Origin: Roseibacillus sp.
Lineage (GTDB): Bacteria > Verrucomicrobiota > Verrucomicrobiia > Verrucomicrobiales > Akkermansiaceae
DNA length: 64,000 bases
Direction of reading: 5' to 3'
Assembly: GCA_965242925.1 (NCBI GenBank)
Contig: CBDEUM010000030.1
Coordinates: forward strand, 128,001-192,000
Shown: piece by piece, positions 58,948 to 64,000 of the stretch
Numbering within the stretch: position 1 is the first letter of the stretch
Layout: every line of letters starts with the position of its first letter
Made by a program: the position numbers and the translations under genes
Notes under the pieces: generated by a model
What the model was told of the DNA's origin: nothing
Database searches by the model: none
Seen by the model: only the letters and a program-made list of their open reading frames with translations

Positions 58948-59910
58948 GTGAACATCACCTTTCTCGATTCCTCCACTCTCACCCGCGGCGATATCGACTT
59001 CGGCCCCCTGGAAGCGATGGGCACCTTCACGCCCCATGAGCACACCGCCCCCTCCGAGGTCACCGCGCGTTGTCGCGGGGTGGAGGTTATTCTCACCAAC
59101 AAAGTCGTCCTCGATTCCAGGATCATCGAATCCCTTCCCGATCTGAAACTCATCCTGGTATGCGCCACCGGTGTCAACGTGGTCGATCTCGAAGCGGCCA
59201 GGAACCGGAACATACCGGTCTGCAACGTGGCCGGTTACTCCACCCCCAGTGTGGCCCAACATACTGCCGCCCTGCTCCTGGCCCTTGCCACCCGGGTGCA
59301 CCGCCTCGCCACCGAACATGACGAGTGGCCCCATTCCCCGATCTTCACCCGGCTCACCCATCCCGTTACTGAACTGTCCGGCCAGGCATGTGGTATCGTC
59401 GGCCTCGGAGAAATCGGGTCGGCCTTCGCCACCATCGCGGAGGCTCTCGGAATGAAGGTGCAGATCCTGGCCCGGAAGGGTTCCCCCAACACCAACCGGC
59501 CTGAGCTTCCCCGTCTCGCGGCCCGGGAGTTCTTCGCCACGTCGGACGTCATTTCCCTGCACTGCCCCCTCACCGTCGGAAACGAGGGCATGATCGACAG
59601 CGAAACCCTGGCTGCCATGAAGCCGGGGGCCCTCCTCCTCAACGTGAGCCGCGGCCCCCTCGTCGACGAGCTTGCCCTGGCCGGAGCCCTGCGCAGCGGC
59701 CACCTCGCCGGAGCCGGGCTCGACGTCCTCTCGACAGAACCGCCCCCGGCGGACCATCCCCTCCTCGCGGCCGACCTCGTCGACAGAAACCTCATCATCA
59801 CCCCCCACACCGCCTGGCTTTCCCTTCAATCACGACAGCGCCTCCTCACCGGGGTCGTGGACAACCTGGAGAACTGGTTGGCAGGAACCCCCTCCAACCG
59901 CGTTGCCTGA
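58948..59910 (+). CDS. D-2-hydroxyacid dehydrogenase (glycerate dehydrogenase-like)
   Basis: ATGVN, GLGEIG, SLHCPLT, NVSRG, LDV, TPHTAW; start GTG 58948. Confidence 0.92.
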   Translation: MNITFLDSSTLTRGDIDFGPLEAMGTFTPHEHTAPSEVTARCRGVEVILTNKVVLDSRIIESLPDLKLILVCATGVNVVDLEAARNRNIPVCNVAGYSTPSVAQHTAALLLALATRVHRLATEHDEWPHSPIFTRLTHPVTELSGQACGIVGLGEIGSAFATIAEALGMKVQILARKGSPNTNRPELPRLAAREFFATSDVISLHCPLTVGNEGMIDSETLAAMKPGALLLNVSRGPLVDELALAGALRSGHLAGAGLDVLSTEPPPADHPLLAADLVDRNLIITPHTAWLSLQSRQRLLTGVVDNLENWLAGTPSNRVA

Positions 59911-59915
59911 CGGCC

Positions 59916-60161
59916 ATGGACGATGGCATCGAACAACTGGTTCCCGCAGTGGAACAACAGCTGATCTCTCCGGAGACCCCTTACGTAGACGAAACCTACC
60001 AACGCCTCCTGCAGGATCCGGACATCGACGAAGAGGAAGCCAAGCTCATGATTGCGCTCTGTCTCGCTGACGAGTCGGAGTGCATGGTGGCCGGAAATCG
60101 TGAATTCGACGTCGCGCGCTACCGGACTCTTCTCACCCTCCTCCCCAAGCTGCCCGGATAA
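59916..60161 (+). CDS. Small acidic hypothetical protein
   Basis: 81-aa ORF fitting the operon gap, with typical codon usage. Confidence 0.7.
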   Translation: MDDGIEQLVPAVEQQLISPETPYVDETYQRLLQDPDIDEEEAKLMIALCLADESECMVAGNREFDVARYRTLLTLLPKLPG

Positions 60162-60180
60162 CCCCTCACTCCTTTGATCC

Positions 60181-60615
60181 GTGCTCAGAGCATTCCTTCT
60201 TGGATGCCGGAAGCGGTTCAGCCCGCTCCTCAACCGGCCCTGCCGCGCACTCGGCAACGACCATCTCGCGATCGGCGCGCTGGGTGAGAAAATCGCCTGT
60301 GCCCACCTGCGGGCCGAAGGCAGACGAATCCTTTACCGCAATTTCCGCGCTCCCGGGGGCGGTGAAATCGACGTCGTGGCACGGGACGGCAGAACCCTGA
60401 GCTTCGTGGAAGTAAAGACCCGCACCAGTGAAGAATTTGGTCGGCCCCTTGAGGCGGTCGATCACCGGAAGAAAAAGTTCATGCAACGCGGGGCCAACGA
60501 ATGGCTCCGCCTCCTCGGCACCCGTGAACTCCCCTGGCGCTTTGATGTCGTCGAGGTCATCCTGCCCGAGGGAGAAAAACCCCGCGTTAAAACAGTAGAA
60601 GATGTGACGGGGTAG
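60181..60615 (+). CDS. yraN: YraN family (UPF0102) endonuclease-like protein
   Basis: GALGE, GEIDVVA, FVEVKTR, RFDVV motifs. Confidence 0.93.
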   Translation: MLRAFLLGCRKRFSPLLNRPCRALGNDHLAIGALGEKIACAHLRAEGRRILYRNFRAPGGGEIDVVARDGRTLSFVEVKTRTSEEFGRPLEAVDHRKKKFMQRGANEWLRLLGTRELPWRFDVVEVILPEGEKPRVKTVEDVTG

Positions 60616-60639
60616 CGCAACCGGAGCATGCAACTTGAG

Positions 60640-61506
60640 TCACTCTCCGTCCCCAATCAGCTCACGCAACTGGCTGACCGGCACGCAGTTTTTGAAAACC
60701 ATCTGCAGGTTATTCTGCACGCCTTCCTTCTCGGTGTAATAGAGCGACTCGGTACTGGCTGCAATGCCCACCACTTGACCTTCCTCATTTAGCACCGGTG
60801 CGCCGCTTGAGCCCCTGCCAAAGTCGGCAGTAATCGCCATGGCCGGCACCGGCTTGCGATTTCGCTGCATTACAAAATACCGCGCCACCCGGCCCTCGCT
60901 CAGCGTGTAGAACTTACGGTTCGGATGGCTGAACAGGTTAACCTTGGCGCCGACCGGGGCTGGCAAGCCAAGCGCGATCGGCTTAATGCCCGTCTTTGGC
61001 AAGCGCAACACGGCAAGGTCATGTCGCTCGCTCGATGCTACCACATCTTCGACCATGAACATACGCCCATCGAAAAGCCGGACAGCCAAACCGGATCGCT
61101 CTGGATTTCCGGCGACGTGATAGTTTGTCACCACCAAGTCCTCAGCAATCAGGAATCCACTTGCCGGAGCAATATGCCAGCGCGGGCACCTTTTGCACTT
61201 GTAAACCCCACCGACCACAGCCACCGCCTTTTGCGCTTCGTCCACGCTTGACAGACTGGCATCAGGCAACTGCAGCTTGGCTTTAGGTTCTTTTTTTAAC
61301 TTCTCGATCAGCACCTTCATCTCCACGACCGAGCCTGAGTCCATCAACTCCGTTACCTTGGCCGTCATCTGCTCGATAATCTGCCGGTCATTAATTACCG
61401 CCGGCTCAGGTTGGCTCGGGGCTGGCACTTCCTCATTCGGAATCGAGGTGCACCCGCAAAGCACCAATCCTGCAATCACAACCGGCAATAGTTTGATCCA
61501 ATTCAT
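60640..61506 (-). CDS. Trypsin-like (S1) serine protease lipoprotein
   Basis: LCGC lipobox; TNYHV, DLAVL and GSSGAP catalytic triad motifs. Confidence 0.88.
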   Translation of the reverse strand: MNWIKLLPVVIAGLVLCGCTSIPNEEVPAPSQPEPAVINDRQIIEQMTAKVTELMDSGSVVEMKVLIEKLKKEPKAKLQLPDASLSSVDEAQKAVAVVGGVYKCKRCPRWHIAPASGFLIAEDLVVTNYHVAGNPERSGLAVRLFDGRMFMVEDVVASSERHDLAVLRLPKTGIKPIALGLPAPVGAKVNLFSHPNRKFYTLSEGRVARYFVMQRNRKPVPAMAITADFGRGSSGAPVLNEEGQVVGIAASTESLYYTEKEGVQNNLQMVFKNCVPVSQLRELIGDGE

Positions 61507-61758
61507 TATTACAAACTCATCTTAGAGAAGCTGTTGCGAGGCCACCAGCGATTAGTCGCGGCGGGGATGATCCTCCTGCTGAAAGAGCCCCATGGCGGGA
61601 CGCAAGCTGGCAGCTGAAGAAGAAACGAGCTGCATTCCATCTCGTAAGGAATTCGCAGGAAGCCCTCAACTACCGGAACAACCCGGACCAAGGCCCGGGA
61701 GAACATGAGTGTCGCCAGGTAAAGAAATCAGGGAAACTCAGAAGAGCGTTCTCCGTCA

Positions 61759-62364
61759 TCAGACCAACTCTGCCACCGGGGCGAAGGATCGGCGGTGCTC
61801 GCGACAGGGCCCGTGCCGCCTGAGAGCCTCCAGATGGGCCTTTGTCCCATAGCCCTTGTGCTTCTCGAACCCATAGACCGGAAATTCCTCCGCCAGTTCC
61901 TGCATCCGTCTGTCCCGGCTCACCTTTGCAATGATGCTGGCAGCTGCGATGGAAAAACTGATCCCGTCCCCCTTCACCACCCCGCGGGAGGCCAGGGGAA
62001 ACCGCGGCACATCCAGGCCGTCAATCAGGCAGAAGGCCGGACGGGATTCGAGGGCCAGGGCCGCCCGTCCCATGGCGGCATGCGTCGCGCGCAGGATATT
62101 GCGCTCGTCGATCTCGGGAACTTCCACGAAGGACAGCCCCCAGCAGATACCGGGATCGGTGGTGATCTCCTCGAAGAGGGCCTCCCGGCGCCTGGCCGTC
62201 AACTTTTTGGAATCATCGAGCAACTCGTGCCGGTAGCCGGAAGGCAGGATGACCGCGGCTGCTGCCACCGGACCGGCCAGTGGTCCCCGACCGGCCTCGT
62301 CGATCCCCGCAACCGGCTCCGTTCCGCTCTCGATCAATTCACGCTCCAGCCTCAGGTCCGGCAT
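61759..62364 (-). CDS. rnhB: Ribonuclease HII
   Basis: GIDEAGRGPLAGPV, DSKKL, IAAASIIAKV, HKGYGT, HRRSF motifs. Confidence 0.97.
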   Translation of the reverse strand: MPDLRLERELIESGTEPVAGIDEAGRGPLAGPVAAAAVILPSGYRHELLDDSKKLTARRREALFEEITTDPGICWGLSFVEVPEIDERNILRATHAAMGRAALALESRPAFCLIDGLDVPRFPLASRGVVKGDGISFSIAAASIIAKVSRDRRMQELAEEFPVYGFEKHKGYGTKAHLEALRRHGPCREHRRSFAPVAELV

Positions 62365-62421
62365 CCCCGCTTCCTAGCGTATGGGAGGCACAAACTCGAC
62401 CCGGAACTTCAACCTGGAAGG

Positions 62422-62904
62422 CTACCAACTGCGGTAGTCCTCCGGTTCATGCCGGCGCGTGGCGGCCAGCGAACACTTCATGTAGAGTTCACCCACCTCC
62501 GGAACCACGTTGCCTCCAAGCTGATAGGTTCCCCTCGAAGGGCACCGGGGAATTTCCGCGACGTACTTCCCCGGACCAACCAGTTCTTCCACAAGGTCTA
62601 CCGGAGGATTGGCCCAGGAGAGATCCTGCCCGGGCTGATAGGGGCTGGAATGGGTGTAGGAACGCATCGACACCTGCATGTGCCGGATCTGCATCACGCA
62701 AAACACCCGGTCCGATCCCGCCTTCCAGCTCCGGGCCGCAAACCACAACAGGGAAGTGAGCATCAGCAGAACGAAAAGGACGACCGAGATCTCAATCAGG
62801 GTCATGCCCCGGCGCAAGCCGGCACGCCGATTATGTGGCCCCGGGAGCGGTCTCCGGGAGCACAAGGCACCACGAACCCGGGGCGCGGAAGAGAACAGTT
62901 TCAT
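62422..62904 (-). CDS. Orphan type IV pilin/pseudopilin-like protein
   Basis: RRG/MTLIEISVVL class III signal; conserved Cys residues. Confidence 0.8.
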   Translation of the reverse strand: MKLFSSAPRVRGALCSRRPLPGPHNRRAGLRRGMTLIEISVVLFVLLMLTSLLWFAARSWKAGSDRVFCVMQIRHMQVSMRSYTHSSPYQPGQDLSWANPPVDLVEELVGPGKYVAEIPRCPSRGTYQLGGNVVPEVGELYMKCSLAATRRHEPEDYRSW

Positions 62905-63004
62905 GTTGGAAGGGCGAACCGGACGCTCGGCTCGAATGATTAGAGTATATTGATATTACACAATTCCAGCGGGATTCAACCGAAACCCGCCCATCCGGTA
63001 ATGA

Positions 63005-64000
63005 TTACCGCCTCGTGATTCCGCTTTCGCCGCCCCCACCCCTCTGCGCCAGGAAATAGATCACCAGTCCAACCACCAGAGTAGCAAGGCCCCAGAGAGT
63101 CTCCCCCGGTTTATCCCTGATGATGTAGACCACCATCCAGGCATTCACCGCCACGAAGAGAGCCGGGGTGAAGGGATAGCCCCAGGCCTTCACCGGGCGG
63201 GAGAGGTCCGGTTGCCGCACGCGCAACCAGAACACCCCTGCCACCGTCACCAGGGCAAAGAAAACGAGCAGAAGTTCAATGTAGACCAGGACCTGCTCGA
63301 AGGAACTGGTCAGGATCAGGACGAGCACCACCGCAGCCTGCAGGAAGATCGCGTTGGCAGGGATGCCCGAACGCGACTTCCGGGCAAGCACACTCAACCC
63401 ACGAAAGTCCTCTCCCATCCGCTGGGCCACCCGTGGTCCCACCCAGATCATGGCACTCAGTGCAGAGACCATCCCGAAACTGATCAGTCCCGCCATCACC
63501 CGGCCTCCCGTCTCACCCAGGACATGACCAGCTGCCACCTTGGCGACATCCATCTCACCCGCCATGCTTTCCATGGGAGCGCTGTAGAGAAAGGCCCCAT
63601 TGAGCAGGAGATAGAGCAGGGTCACGATGCCCGTCCCCACCAACAGGGCGCGCGGCACCGTCCGCTCCGGTTCCCGAACTTCATCGACGATGTAGGTTGC
63701 CGCGTTCCAGCCCGTGTAGGCATACATCACGAACACGAGGGCGATGGCGAATTCCGGGCTGAAGAGCAGTTTCAGGTCGCCCTTGCGGGGCAGGAAAGAA
63801 ACGTCCTGTCGCTCCCCCAGGAGGAAGCAGGCCAAAAGGAGGACCAGAATGAAGATCACCTTCAGGGCGGTGAAGACACTCTGGAAACGCGCTCCCAGCC
63901 CGATCGGTCTGAGATGAATGCCCGCCACTGCCAGCACCACGACTACCGACAGGATCCGTGGCCAGGTCTCTCCCCCGAGAGCCATCGCTCCGGAAAAATA
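63005..64000 (-). CDS. APC-family amino acid permease (5' end beyond the window)
   Basis: YAYTGWNAA, EVREPERTVPRA, RPVKAWGYP motifs; multiple TM helices. Confidence 0.9.
   Translation of the reverse strand, partial: YFSGAMALGGETWPRILSVVVVLAVAGIHLRPIGLGARFQSVFTALKVIFILVLLLACFLLGERQDVSFLPRKGDLKLLFSPEFAIALVFVMYAYTGWNAATYIVDEVREPERTVPRALLVGTGIVTLLYLLLNGAFLYSAPMESMAGEMDVAKVAAGHVLGETGGRVMAGLISFGMVSALSAMIWVGPRVAQRMGEDFRGLSVLARKSRSGIPANAIFLQAAVVLVLILTSSFEQVLVYIELLLVFFALVTVAGVFWLRVRQPDLSRPVKAWGYPFTPALFVAVNAWMVVYIIRDKPGETLWGLATLVVGLVIYFLAQRGGGGESGITRR

Overview
GC-rich bacterial chromosome segment. The gene content suggests Verrucomicrobiales (inference from PEP-CTERM proteins, the gspG-to-gspD pseudopilin operon, the sulfatase/sialic-acid cluster and the typical C-terminal domains of the surface proteins). 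Layout: TPR gene and type II secretion operon (1-10.1 kb); EEP hydrolase, B12 radical SAM and glycan-modification genes (10.7-18.1 kb); an accessory surface-protein island (18.6-30 kb); sialic-acid catabolism with a mutarotase-transporter fusion (29.9-36.3 kb); tRNA-Val(CAC) followed by a catalytically degenerate metzincin-like surface protein; then mostly housekeeping genes (beta-CASP nuclease, hrpB, tatA, lipA, two LysM stalk proteins, recR, clpX-like ATPase, Ser/Thr kinase, RluA, yraN, rnhB, APC permease). The three strongest observations: (1) an in-frame TGA (25375-25373) inside an FG-GAP/ASPIC-thioredoxin-TPR gene, followed 11 nt later by a 17-nt SECIS-like hairpin, making it a candidate ~1260-aa membrane-anchored selenoprotein; (2) six mosaic copies of one uncharacterised ~175-aa domain shared between a giant repeat protein and two tandem-duplicated PEP-CTERM genes in inverted orientation; (3) a recurring promoter geometry pointing to widespread leaderless mRNAs. 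Several frameshifts may be assembly errors. All product calls come from motif recognition by eye; no searches were run.
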